Part shown: in pieces, positions 10,224 through 19,084 of the stretch | Position numbering within the stretch: position 1 is the first letter of the stretch | Layout: every line of letters starts with the position of its first letter | Origin: Pseudomonadota bacterium | Lineage (GTDB): Bacteria > Pseudomonadota > Alphaproteobacteria > Sphingomonadales > Sphingomonadaceae | NCBI GenBank assembly: GCA_041179365.1 | Contig: JBEGTP010000132.1 | Span: 1 to 45,091 of the forward strand | DNA length: 45,091 bases | Reading direction: 5' to 3' | Translations under genes and position numbers: made by a program | The notes under the pieces: generated by a model | Told to the model about the DNA's origin: nothing | What the model saw: the letters and a program-made list of their open reading frames with translations, nothing else | Database searches by the model: none

Positions 10224-11122
10224 GTCAGGTCTCCTATCTCGATCATCGCGCCTGCCGCCGCCGCGCGGTTGGCGTCGCGTCGCAACCGTTCAATTTCGGC
10301 GCGCCCGGCAGGAATGGGTTCAACGGGAAGTGCAGCCATCGTATCGCGGTAAATCGCTTCAATATCGTCAGCATGGTCAGGGTGGGTCAGAATAAGACCG
10401 CTATTCGCTGTCATGCCCGCGAGCGTTTTTTCGCCAACTTCAAGAGGGTCCATGCCGAGGTCAAAGGCCGTGCCAAATTGCTCAAGCGCTGCGCGATCAG
10501 GCGCTGCAAAGCCCGAATCTGCAAACGCATCCGGACGCTTGAGCGCTGAATCCCAAGCGTTGGTTCTTGTGAGGCCAGGGCACATGAGCGAGACGCCAAT
10601 ATGATAGGGCGCTAGGTTGTAGCGCAGGCATTCCGTGAGCCCGCGTACCGCGAATTTGCTCGCGGTATAAATCCCCGCCTGCGGACCTGAACAAAACGCA
10701 GCCATGCTCGCGACGTTGACGATATGCCCGCCTTCGCCGTGCGCCTTCATACCGGGCATAAACGACACGCAGCCATTGACGACGCCGCCGTAATTCACCC
10801 CCATGATCCAATCATGATCATCATAAGAGGCCTCGTCGGTCGGCCCGAAAACACTGACGCCTGCATTGTTGACGAGGACATGGACTTTGCCCACCTCAGC
10901 GGCAACCTCAGCCCAGCGAGCACGGTCTGTGACATCGAGCTTTACAAAGCGGGGCTGCGCCCGGCCTTGCGCGTCAAACCAGTGCGCGGCCTCAGCCCGG
11001 TGCGCCTCATTGCGGTAGGCGAGGATCAGCGCCATCCCCGCATTGCTAAAAGCACGCGCGATCCCAAAGCCGATGCCTGATACGCCGCCGGTGATGAAGG
11101 CGGTTTTGCCGTGCCAGTTCAT
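10220..11122 (-). CDS. Short-chain dehydrogenase, LigD/LigO (C-alpha dehydrogenase)-like
   Basis: TGGVSGIG, NNAG, S...YTASK catalytic motif. AGVSVFGP...YDDHDWIMGVNYGGVVNG, GGHIV and IGVSLMCPG closely recall sphingomonad LigD/LigO. ATGA overlap with the oxygenase. Confidence 0.85.
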   Translation of the reverse strand: MNWHGKTAFITGGVSGIGFGIARAFSNAGMALILAYRNEAHRAEAAHWFDAQGRAQPRFVKLDVTDRARWAEVAAEVGKVHVLVNNAGVSVFGPTDEASYDDHDWIMGVNYGGVVNGCVSFMPGMKAHGEGGHIVNVASMAAFCSGPQAGIYTASKFAVRGLTECLRYNLAPYHIGVSLMCPGLTRTNAWDSALKRPDAFADSGFAAPDRAALEQFGTAFDLGMDPLEVGEKTLAGMTANSGLILTHPDHADDIEAIYRDTMAALPVEPIPAGRAEIERLRRDANRAAAAGAMIEIGDLT

Positions 11123-11132
11123 TTGTGTTTCC

Positions 11133-12719
11133 TCATTCTAAAGGCTTGCCAGCCGTTTCGGGCAAACCGAACAGCGCGATCGTCGCCGCAATCACGACCA
11201 TCGCAACCGGATACCAAAAACCCGCAAAGGGATTGCCCGTGGTGGCGACGATATATTGCACGATGAACGGCATGAACCCTGCGAAATAGCCAACCCCGAA
11301 ATTATAGGAAATGGCGAGCGATGAGTAGCGGGTGCGCGCCGGGAAAAGTTCGACCATCCACGCACCAACCGGACCGTAAGTCAAAGCGCCAAACAGATTC
11401 AGCAAAACGATGCCGAGGCCAATCAGCAGCAATGCGCGAGTGGCGGGCTTGACTGGATCGGTGGAATAGCCTGCTGCCTCGAGCTGCGCCGCAAGCCCTT
11501 CTGCATCCGCAGCATTGGCAGCGTATCCGCCAATCGTCAGCGAGGGCGCAGCCGCAGCCGCGCCATCCACCCTCGCGTAGGGAACACCCTTTTTGGTCAG
11601 CGTATCGAGCAGGCGCGCGCAAGCCGAAGACTGGCCGGATTGCGCGAACGGGTTAAAATGGCAGTCCGCGCCGGTGACGACCACAGGCTTGTCACGCGAC
11701 GCCTTGGCCAATGCTGGGTTGGCCTGTGCCGCCAGCATATGGAATACGGGAAAAACCAGCAACAGAAACAGCCCATAGCCGAGCAGAACCAGCCTTTTGC
11801 GCCCCACCTTATCGGACAGCCAGCCGCACAACATCGACAATGCTGCCCCGATCGTCAGGGCAATGATCATCACAAAGCGGGTTAGATTGGGGTCAAGATG
11901 CTGCGACACTTGCAGGAAATTGAGCACTTGGATGAGGCCGACATAACCACAAATCGCCTGGCCCGCCGCGATTCCGAACATCACGGCCAGCAGGCGTTTG
12001 ACGCGCGGCATCGACGAAAAGGCCTCCTTCAGAGGATTGCGCGCAATCTCACCAGCTTCCTTCATTGCTAGGAAAACAGGGCTTTCTGAAAGCTTGAGCC
12101 GCATCCAGACTGAGATGGCCAGCAGCACAAGGGACAGGAAGAACGGGACGCGCCAACCCCACGCCAGCCACGCCTCTTCGCCCATTATAGTACTGGTCGA
12201 CAGCACCGCGAGCAGACTGAGCATGAAACCAGTCGAGGCGCCGAGCTGGATGAAGCCGGTATAAAAGCCGCGCTTTTCGGGTGGCGCATGTTCGGCAACA
12301 TAAATGGTCGCGCCACCATATTCCCCACCAACTGCCAGTCCCTGCAACACGCGCAACAAAACCAGCAAGATGGGGGCAGCGATGCCGATCTGCTCAAAAG
12401 TGCCAAGAAGACCGATGGCCATCGTCGCAAAGCCCATCAGCAAAATGGTCGCAAGGAAAGTATATTTCCGCCCAAACCGATCGCCGAACGCCCCAAACAG
12501 TGCAGCGCCGAGCGGCCTGACGGCAAAGCCAACGCCAAAAGTTGCGAGCGCCAGTAGAAAGCCCGAAGCCGGGCTCGAGCCGGGAAAGAACAGCTTGCCG
12601 AACAGCGGTGCGAGCGTGGCATAAATATAAAAATCATACCATTCGAACGCCGTGCCCATTGATGACGCCGCAATCAGCGTTCGGATTTCCTTTGGGCTTG
12701 GGTGCTGTCCAGCATTCAT
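11133..12719 (-). CDS. MFS transporter, metabolite:H+ symporter (MHS) family
   Basis: GTAFEWYDF, GDRFGRK, LQGLAVGGEYGGA, WGWRVPF, ELFPARTRYS; periplasmic insert with two Cys. Confidence 0.92.
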   Translation of the reverse strand: MNAGQHPSPKEIRTLIAASSMGTAFEWYDFYIYATLAPLFGKLFFPGSSPASGFLLALATFGVGFAVRPLGAALFGAFGDRFGRKYTFLATILLMGFATMAIGLLGTFEQIGIAAPILLVLLRVLQGLAVGGEYGGATIYVAEHAPPEKRGFYTGFIQLGASTGFMLSLLAVLSTSTIMGEEAWLAWGWRVPFFLSLVLLAISVWMRLKLSESPVFLAMKEAGEIARNPLKEAFSSMPRVKRLLAVMFGIAAGQAICGYVGLIQVLNFLQVSQHLDPNLTRFVMIIALTIGAALSMLCGWLSDKVGRKRLVLLGYGLFLLLVFPVFHMLAAQANPALAKASRDKPVVVTGADCHFNPFAQSGQSSACARLLDTLTKKGVPYARVDGAAAAAPSLTIGGYAANAADAEGLAAQLEAAGYSTDPVKPATRALLLIGLGIVLLNLFGALTYGPVGAWMVELFPARTRYSSLAISYNFGVGYFAGFMPFIVQYIVATTGNPFAGFWYPVAMVVIAATIALFGLPETAGKPLE

Positions 12720-12740
12720 CCGTCATCCCCCTATTGCCGA

Positions 12741-12778
12741 TTGCCATCAACCTTATCGATTGTTAGCTTTACATACAA
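12741..12778 (+). promoter_or_regulatory. Putative sigma70 promoter with overlapping palindromic operator
   Basis: TTGCCA(12741)-N17-TAGCTT(12764). Imperfect inverted repeat TTGTTAG-CTTTA-CATACAA (12760-12778) covers the -10, inside a 76-bp divergent gap. Confidence 0.55.
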
Positions 12779-12795
12779 ATATGGGAGAGTCGATC

Positions 12796-13482
12796 ATGAG
12801 CGATGTTGAAACGCGACTGGCAGCACTGGAGCAGCAGGTTGGAACGCTAGAGGATGTCAACGCCATCCGTCGCCTGCATTGGGCTTACGGCTATTACATC
12901 GATTTCAACCGCGCGCGTGATGTGTCGGAGCTGTTTGCCGAGGACGGGGAGGTGATCTTCCTCTCTGGCATCTACAAGGGCCGAGCGGGCGCATTTCGCC
13001 TCTACGGCACTTGGTTCCAGAATCTGTTCCTCGAACATGGCGGGGAGGGGCCCGTCGACGGCTTCCTGCTCGATCACTTCCAAATGCAGGACATCATCAC
13101 AGTCGCGCCGGATCGTCAGACCGCAAAGGGCAGATTCCGGGGCATGCTGTTCGGCGGCACACATGAGACCAACAAATGGGCACCGGAAGGCGTGCCGCAG
13201 CAGTTCATGGAGGCGGGCATTTATGAGAATGATTATGTCCGTGAGGACGGCGTCTGGAAGATCAAGCGGCTCGACTATATGATGCAGTGGCAGGGGGACT
13301 ATGAAACCGGTTGGTCAAAAACGATCAGCCATCTCCAGCCCGCAATGGAATGCTTTCCCGCCAACCCGATTGGCCCCGATGAAATTCGCAGCGAGGAAAA
13401 TTACCGCCAAACCTGGCCGCACCGGCAGGATGTGCCGATGCATTATGCGCACCCGAAATTCGGGGCGGTTTTGGCGAAATGA
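12796..13482 (+). CDS. NTF2/SnoaL-like protein, LdpA/PcfL (gamma-formaldehyde lyase)-like
   Basis: RL..LE...LED...IRRLHWAYGYYID, LLDHFQMQDII.V.PD..TAKGRF, EAGIYENDYVREDGVWKIKRLDY. ATG at 12796 follows a GGAGAG RBS. The fold call is confident; the specific activity is inferred. Confidence 0.75.
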   Translation: MSDVETRLAALEQQVGTLEDVNAIRRLHWAYGYYIDFNRARDVSELFAEDGEVIFLSGIYKGRAGAFRLYGTWFQNLFLEHGGEGPVDGFLLDHFQMQDIITVAPDRQTAKGRFRGMLFGGTHETNKWAPEGVPQQFMEAGIYENDYVREDGVWKIKRLDYMMQWQGDYETGWSKTISHLQPAMECFPANPIGPDEIRSEENYRQTWPHRQDVPMHYAHPKFGAVLAK

Positions 13483-14603
13483 CCCTTTTTTCAGACGGCA
13501 GCGAAAAAGGCTTGCGCGGCCATGCAGAAGAGCGCGGGGTAAGGGCCCGCATAGGACTGGCTCCGGCGGCGGGCGTTGTGGATCGAGGTGCCCCCTATAA
13601 GCGCATCGCGACCGAGGAAGCCTGGACCTTCCCCGAACTGGTGAAAGCGCAGGTTGACTACATCAATGCCCCCGATGCGCCCGATGACGCCTCGCTAAAG
13701 ATGGCGGGGATGTTTGGATCAATGCCCAAGCTTCAGGGCATGCTTCAGGATATCGGCGCAGGGCGTCTAGCGCATATGGATGAATATGGGATTGACCGAC
13801 AGCTCCTCCTGCTCACCTCGCCCGGTGTCCAAGTCGTCCGCGAATCAGAAGGTACGGCCTTTGCCCGCGAAGCCAATGACCGCGCGGCAGAAAGCTGCCG
13901 TCGCTGGCCCGACCGGTTCTCCGCGCTCGCCGCCTTTGATCCGCGCGATGTCGCCGGGTCCGTCAAGGAAATTGACCGGGCGATGTCGAGCCTCAAGCTC
14001 AACGGTGCCGTCCTCAATTCGCACTTTCAGGGGCGATATATCGACGAGCCAGCCTCTGAACCGATCCTCGAAGCGCTCGAAGCCCATGACGCTGCACTCT
14101 ATATCCACCCCACAGCGCCCTTTATGGCGAAGCGCTATCAGGATCGGGGATTTTACGGCGCGCTTGCGGGCTTTCCGCACGATGTGTGGCTCCATACCAT
14201 GGGGCTCATCTTTTCCGGCGCGTTTGATAAATATCCCAAACTCCGCCTTGTGATCGGGCACATGGGCGAAAATCTGCCGCTCACACTCTACCGCTTTGAT
14301 TGGATGCAATACAATGCAGATGGCATCCCGGGTATGCGCGGCGGCCAGCCAGCGGTGACGCTAAAACATCCGGTCAGTTATTATTTCAAAACCAACATTT
14401 GGATAACGACATCCGGCGTCGGCTGGGAACCTGCGATCAAATTTTGTCAGCAAGTGATGGGACCAGACCGGGTGCTTTACGCAATGGATTATCCCTATCA
14501 GCAGTCTTCCGACGAGTTGGCGGCCTACGACACGATGGATATGCCACCAGAGGTCAAGAAAATGTTGATGCAAACCAACGCAGAGCATGTGTTTAGACTT
14601 TAG
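13479..14603 (+). CDS. Amidohydrolase-fold non-oxidative aromatic acid decarboxylase, LigW-like
   Basis: RIATEEA, LTSPGVQ, NSH.QGRY.DE, LYIHP, GHMGE, SGVGWEPAIKFCQQVMG.DRV.YAMDYPYQ, QTNAE..F.L all match LigW motifs; ATGA overlap with the upstream gene. Confidence 0.88.
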   Translation: MTLFSDGSEKGLRGHAEERGVRARIGLAPAAGVVDRGAPYKRIATEEAWTFPELVKAQVDYINAPDAPDDASLKMAGMFGSMPKLQGMLQDIGAGRLAHMDEYGIDRQLLLLTSPGVQVVRESEGTAFAREANDRAAESCRRWPDRFSALAAFDPRDVAGSVKEIDRAMSSLKLNGAVLNSHFQGRYIDEPASEPILEALEAHDAALYIHPTAPFMAKRYQDRGFYGALAGFPHDVWLHTMGLIFSGAFDKYPKLRLVIGHMGENLPLTLYRFDWMQYNADGIPGMRGGQPAVTLKHPVSYYFKTNIWITTSGVGWEPAIKFCQQVMGPDRVLYAMDYPYQQSSDELAAYDTMDMPPEVKKMLMQTNAEHVFRL

Positions 14604-14626
14604 GGAGGGGCGCTTGCCCTTCCTTA
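14601..14626 (+). terminator. Stem-loop closing the catabolic operon
   Basis: TAGGGAGGGGC-GCTT-GCCCTTCCTTA, starting at the stop codon. Confidence 0.45.
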
Positions 14627-14702
14627 GCCGCCCCGTTTGCCATTTTGCTATCCGCCCGTTAGGGCTGATAGGCCTTGGGGTAGTCACGAAGGCGAGACGC
14701 GA

Positions 14703-15191
14703 ATGACCGGAACAGCGCCGCTTGTCGGCATCATCATGGGCAGCACATCGGATTGGGAAACGATGCAGCATGCTGCTGAGATTTTATCCACGCTTCAGAT
14801 CCCACATGAAACTAAGATTGTTTCTGCCCACCGGACGCCCGAGCGTCTATTTGCCTATGCCCGCGGGGCAACGGCACGGGGGTTGAAAGTCATTATTGCC
14901 GGTGCCGGCGGCGCGGCCCATTTGCCCGGTATGGCGGCCTCTATGACCTCGCTTCCCGTCCTTGGCGTGCCGGTCGAATCAAAGGCGTTAAAGGGCATGG
15001 ATAGCCTCTTATCGATTGTGCAAATGCCCGGCGGGGTTCCGGTTGGAACGTTCGCCATCGGCAAGCCTGGCGCGATCAACGCGGGTCTTTTTGCAGCGTC
15101 CGTTCTGGCCCTTGGTGATGATGCGCTCGACCAACGGCTCGCGGCGTGGCGACAAGCGCAGACCGACGGAGTGGCGATCGACCCGGCATGA
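14703..15191 (+). CDS. purE: N5-CAIR mutase
   Basis: [44 protein letters not shown]. Confidence 0.98.
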   Translation: MTGTAPLVGIIMGSTSDWETMQHAAEILSTLQIPHETKIVSAHRTPERLFAYARGATARGLKVIIAGAGGAAHLPGMAASMTSLPVLGVPVESKALKGMDSLLSIVQMPGGVPVGTFAIGKPGAINAGLFAASVLALGDDALDQRLAAWRQAQTDGVAIDPA

Positions 15192-16291
15192 GTGCACTGA
15201 CTTCCCCTCTCGTTTCCGTTCCTCCCCTTCCACCCGGATCAACCATCGGCATTATCGGCGGTGGGCAGCTCGGCCGTATGCTCTGCATGGCCGCAGCACA
15301 GCTTGGCTATCCGACCCATGTCTATGCGCCCGAGGCGAGCGGCCCGGCTGCAGACGTCTGTGCAAAATGGGTGCAAGGCAGCTATGGTGACGAGGTCGCG
15401 TTGCTCGCCTTTGCCCGCTCGGTTGCGGTTATCACCTTTGAGTTTGAAAATATCGAGCCAGCGGCCCTTAAGCCAGCTGCTGCGCAGACGCCGCTGTTTC
15501 CGCCCCTTCATGCGCTCGAAATTGGCCAAGACCGGGTCTTGGAAAAGCGCTTTGCCGAACAGTGTGGCGCGCGGACGGCACCATGGGCCGAAGTCCATAG
15601 TCACGCTGACTATGTGGCTGCCCTCGCAACCATCGGTGTTCCTGCTATCTTGAAAACAGTGCGCTTTGGCTATGATGGAAAAGGTCAAGCGCGCATCATG
15701 AAGGCGACAGACGCCGATGCCGCATGGGATGATCTCAAGCGAGGATGCCCGCTCATTCTTGAGGGCTTTGTGCCTTTTAAGGCTGAGTTTTCATTGATCG
15801 TTGCGCGGGACCAAGCGGGCAGCATCGCTTTTTGGGATGCCCCACAAAACATCCACAAAGACGGTGTTCTGACAACGTCTTTGCTCCCCGCGCCGGAGTG
15901 TGTTGTGTCGCAGGTGCCTGCCGCGCGCGCCTCTGCACGCAAAATTGCAGAGAAGCTGGATTATATTGGCGTGTTCGCCATTGAATTCTTCGTCGGACTC
16001 GATGGACCGGTTTTTAATGAAATGGCACCGCGCGTTCACAATAGCGGCCATTGGACGATAGAGGGTGCCGTCACGTCGCAATTTGAAAACCATGTGCGGG
16101 CCATTGTCGGCCTTCCGCTAGGTGCCACAAAGTCGACGGTGCGTGCATTGGAAATGCGCAACCTGATCGGCCATGATGCTGATGATTGGCATCAAATCGC
16201 TTCGGACCCAAATGCGAAACTCCATCTTTACGGCAAGCACGATGCGCGCCCGGGGCGTAAAATGGGCCATGTCACACAGGTGAAATACTGA
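15188..16291 (+). CDS. purK: N5-CAIR synthetase
   Basis: [37 protein letters not shown]...RPGRKMGH; ATGA overlap with purE. Confidence 0.97.
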   Translation: MSALTSPLVSVPPLPPGSTIGIIGGGQLGRMLCMAAAQLGYPTHVYAPEASGPAADVCAKWVQGSYGDEVALLAFARSVAVITFEFENIEPAALKPAAAQTPLFPPLHALEIGQDRVLEKRFAEQCGARTAPWAEVHSHADYVAALATIGVPAILKTVRFGYDGKGQARIMKATDADAAWDDLKRGCPLILEGFVPFKAEFSLIVARDQAGSIAFWDAPQNIHKDGVLTTSLLPAPECVVSQVPAARASARKIAEKLDYIGVFAIEFFVGLDGPVFNEMAPRVHNSGHWTIEGAVTSQFENHVRAIVGLPLGATKSTVRALEMRNLIGHDADDWHQIASDPNAKLHLYGKHDARPGRKMGHVTQVKY

Positions 16292-16323
16292 GCCAATCGA
16301 TTTTCATTGCTTTGCGTAAATTT

Positions 16324-16342
16324 TGATATAAATATGATATCA
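16324..16342. promoter_or_regulatory. Putative operator upstream of the SPFH-RHH operon
   Basis: TGATATAAATATGATATCA contains a TGATAT direct repeat (11-bp period) and a TGATAT-N7-ATATCA inverted repeat, in an AT-rich patch about 20 bp before the start codon. Confidence 0.55.
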
Positions 16343-16362
16343 TCTTTTAACGGGAGGTTTTG

Positions 16363-17268
16363 ATGACTGATTCGCCGGTTCGTGGAAGTTTAAATTCCAG
16401 CCAAGAGCGTGTGGCGCGCACATTCAGTGGCTATTTAATGTTCGCTATTGCGCTTCTCTTGCTCGGGCTTTTTGTCTGGTCGCTTTTCGCGTCCATTGCC
16501 GTGGAAGGTACGCCAGCATCTGTGGGCATAGCGATTGGCTGGTTCGTTTCGTTCTTGATCGCCTCATCGGGCTTTTACATGCTCCAACCCAATCAGGCGG
16601 CTTCGATCACCATGTTCGGATCCTATCAAGGGACCGACCGAAAGGAAGGCCTGCGTTGGGTTTGGCCTTGGGAAAAGGCGAGCAAAATTTCGGTCCGCTC
16701 CAACAATCTGATTTCGGATAAAATCAAGATCAACGACTTGCGCGGCAACCCGATTGAAATTGCTGCGCAAGTCGTCTGGCGGGTCACCGATACGGCTCAA
16801 GCCCTTTTTGATGTGGATGATTATAAGGCGTTTGTGATGGCGCAGGTTGAAGCTGCCGTCCGCGCCATTGGATCACGATACCCTTATGATGACATTGAGC
16901 ACAAGGAAGTGACGCTACGCGGCGACCATGAGATCGTCGGCGGCGAGCTCCGCACTGCGCTGATGGAACGCCTCGCTGTTGCCGGCATCTCGGTTGATGA
17001 ATGCGGCTTTACACATTTGGCCTATGCGCAAGAAATCGCCGGAGCCATGCTGCGCCGGCAACAGGCCGAAGCTGTGATCGCCGCGCGGACCAAGCTTGTC
17101 GAAGGCGCTGTTACGATGGTTGAAATGGCACTCAAACAGCTGAGCGAAAAGAATGTCGTGCATCTTGATGACGAGCGCAAAGCGGCGATGGTTTCTAATC
17201 TGATGGTCGTTCTCTGCGGGGAACGTGATACCCAGCCTGTCGTGAATACGGGCAGTTTGTATCAGTAA
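16363..17268 (+). CDS. SPFH/Band 7 domain membrane protein
   Basis: Two N-terminal transmembrane segments; [48 protein letters not shown]; GGGAGG RBS. Confidence 0.92.
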   Translation: MTDSPVRGSLNSSQERVARTFSGYLMFAIALLLLGLFVWSLFASIAVEGTPASVGIAIGWFVSFLIASSGFYMLQPNQAASITMFGSYQGTDRKEGLRWVWPWEKASKISVRSNNLISDKIKINDLRGNPIEIAAQVVWRVTDTAQALFDVDDYKAFVMAQVEAAVRAIGSRYPYDDIEHKEVTLRGDHEIVGGELRTALMERLAVAGISVDECGFTHLAYAQEIAGAMLRRQQAEAVIAARTKLVEGAVTMVEMALKQLSEKNVVHLDDERKAAMVSNLMVVLCGERDTQPVVNTGSLYQ

Positions 17269-17276
17269 GCGGCAGC

Positions 17277-17486
17277 ATGAAGGCACCCGCCAAGAAAGCG
17301 TTTCCGCTCCGTCTCGATCCAGCATTGTTTGCGGCGATCGAACGGGCGGCTGCGTCTGATTTCCGCAGTGCCAACGCCCAAATCGAAGTGCTGCTGCGCG
17401 AGGCACTGGGCAAACGCGGCGTTAAAGTGGCTGTGAGTGACGCCCCAAGACGCGGGCGGCCGCCAGGGCTCACTGATGAGCGTTAG
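17277..17486 (+). CDS. Arc-like ribbon-helix-helix DNA-binding protein
   Basis: KKAFPLRLDPAL..AIERAA..DFRSANAQIEVLLREAL; C-terminal PRRGRPP; 8 bp after the SPFH stop. Confidence 0.85.
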   Translation: MKAPAKKAFPLRLDPALFAAIERAAASDFRSANAQIEVLLREALGKRGVKVAVSDAPRRGRPPGLTDER

Positions 17487-17503
17487 GGCTAGGACCTCAT
17501 GGC

Positions 17504-18514
17504 CTATTCATCGCTGTAAATCGCGATCATGGTCCTGCCGGTCGAATCTGCCGCACCCCGGTACATACCCGGCGTATTGAAACTCCAGCCGATCTGCCCA
17601 TCGGGGGTAATGACAATAACGCCGCCCGTACCGCCCAACGCTTTGACCTCATCCATGACCGCGCGTGCAGCAGGTACGATCCGCTCGCCCTTGAGCCGCA
17701 CACGGGCGCAGATTTCGTGCGCCACGCCGAGCCGAATGAAATACTCTCCTGCACCAGTGGCCGAAACAGCGCACGCGCGGTCATCGGCATACGTGCCTGC
17801 CCCAATAATCGGCGAATCTCCGATCCGGCCCCAGCGCTTGCCGGTCAAACCGCCGGTAGACGTCGCCGCAGCGACATGGCCATTTTGATCGACCGCAACA
17901 GCGCCGACCGTCCCATATTTGTGCTCAACATCATAGGCGCTGGTCTCCTGGGCTTTCATGGTCTCAAGCTGTTCGCGCCGCTCGGGCGTTTCAAAATAAT
18001 CCTGCCCTGCGGTCTCTAGCCCTTGTTCAATCGCAAAATCAGTGGCCCCCGTCCCTGAGAGCATCACATTAGGCGACTTATCCATCACGCGCCGCGCCGC
18101 GAAAATAGGGTTCTTAACGCCGACAATCCCGGCGACTGAGCCTGCCATTCGCGTCTGGCCGTCCATGATCGCGGCATCATGCGCAATAGTGCCATCGTAC
18201 GTCAACACGGCACCCCGTCCTGCGTTGAAGTTCGGATCATCCTCAAGCACCGCAACGGCGGCTTGAACGGCATCAATGGCCGAACCACCCTTGGCGAGAA
18301 TGGCGGACCCTGCCTTGAGAGCACGGTCGAGGCCCTCGCGCATCGCCGCCTCCTTCTCAGGCGATAAGGTCCCGCGCTCTATCGCACCGGCACCACCGTG
18401 GACCACGAGACCCCAGGGTGCTTTGGGCCGCAAAGGTTCTTTTTTATGCGGCGCACCTAGCGCGGCTGTCGTAAAGAAGAACAAGCTCAAAACGATGGTA
18501 GCGAGACGAGACAC
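17504..18514 (-). CDS. iaaA: Isoaspartyl peptidase/L-asparaginase (Ntn hydrolase), exported
   Basis: VHGGAG, FNAGRG, GTVGAVA (nucleophile Thr), ATSTGG, GRIGDSPIIGAG, TGAGE; N-terminal signal peptide. Confidence 0.9.
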   Translation of the reverse strand: MSRLATIVLSLFFFTTAALGAPHKKEPLRPKAPWGLVVHGGAGAIERGTLSPEKEAAMREGLDRALKAGSAILAKGGSAIDAVQAAVAVLEDDPNFNAGRGAVLTYDGTIAHDAAIMDGQTRMAGSVAGIVGVKNPIFAARRVMDKSPNVMLSGTGATDFAIEQGLETAGQDYFETPERREQLETMKAQETSAYDVEHKYGTVGAVAVDQNGHVAAATSTGGLTGKRWGRIGDSPIIGAGTYADDRACAVSATGAGEYFIRLGVAHEICARVRLKGERIVPAARAVMDEVKALGGTGGVIVITPDGQIGWSFNTPGMYRGAADSTGRTMIAIYSDE

Positions 18515-18532
18515 GGTGGCTTCCTTCCGAAG

Positions 18533-19084
18533 TCAAAAACGCATGGCAAAGGTGAGGCCCGCACTTTTTGTATCCCCCCAAGGGATAAGAACCGCACGCT
18601 GGTCATTGCCGCGTTTGCGGGTCACGAGAAAACCAGCGCTTGTGCCAATCACCGCCCCAGCCAGGACATCGACCCAGAAATGCTTCTTTCCCTTGACGCG
18701 CGCGACGCCAACCAAACTCGCCATGGCAAACGCGGGCACGCCGTAGGCAGGGCCATAGCGGCGATAGATCGTTGCCGCTGACGTGAAGGCGCGACTGGTA
18801 TGGCCCGATGGAAAGCTCTTTCGGTCGCTGCCATCAGGCCGTGTTTTGGGGAAGGCCTGCTTGAGCCCTTCGGTCACCAACGACGTCAGCGCAAGCGACT
18901 CGGCGGCTTGAATTAGGCCGTTCGTGTCCCTCTTTGCAACGGGCAGGCCAAGCGAGCCAATAACGAGCACGGCTGCGCCAATATCGCTAACGCGTTGCCA
19001 ATCCTTGGGCTTTGCAGCAGCAGATGCGGGCACGAGCGAAAGCCCCGTGGTCGCCAAAAGAACGAGCGAAGCCGATTTACGCAT
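18533..19084 (-). CDS. PAP2 family phosphatase
   Basis: K....RP, SFPSGH, RV...KHF..DV..G motifs; ATG at 19084 overlaps the upstream stop. Confidence 0.9.
   Translation of the reverse strand: MRKSASLVLLATTGLSLVPASAAAKPKDWQRVSDIGAAVLVIGSLGLPVAKRDTNGLIQAAESLALTSLVTEGLKQAFPKTRPDGSDRKSFPSGHTSRAFTSAATIYRRYGPAYGVPAFAMASLVGVARVKGKKHFWVDVLAGAVIGTSAGFLVTRKRGNDQRAVLIPWGDTKSAGLTFAMRF

Noticed and set aside
12652-12795. N-terminal extensions given by the ORF track (NTF2 protein; likewise purK, hflK, thyA, msrA, PAP2, pdeM)
   Set aside because: They mostly overlap neighbouring genes or promoters; downstream starts have better RBSs or stop/start coupling.
17277-17486. RHH protein as a HicB-like antitoxin of a toxin-antitoxin pair
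   Set aside because: No adjacent toxin-like ORF and no HicB N-terminal domain; its neighbour is an SPFH protein.
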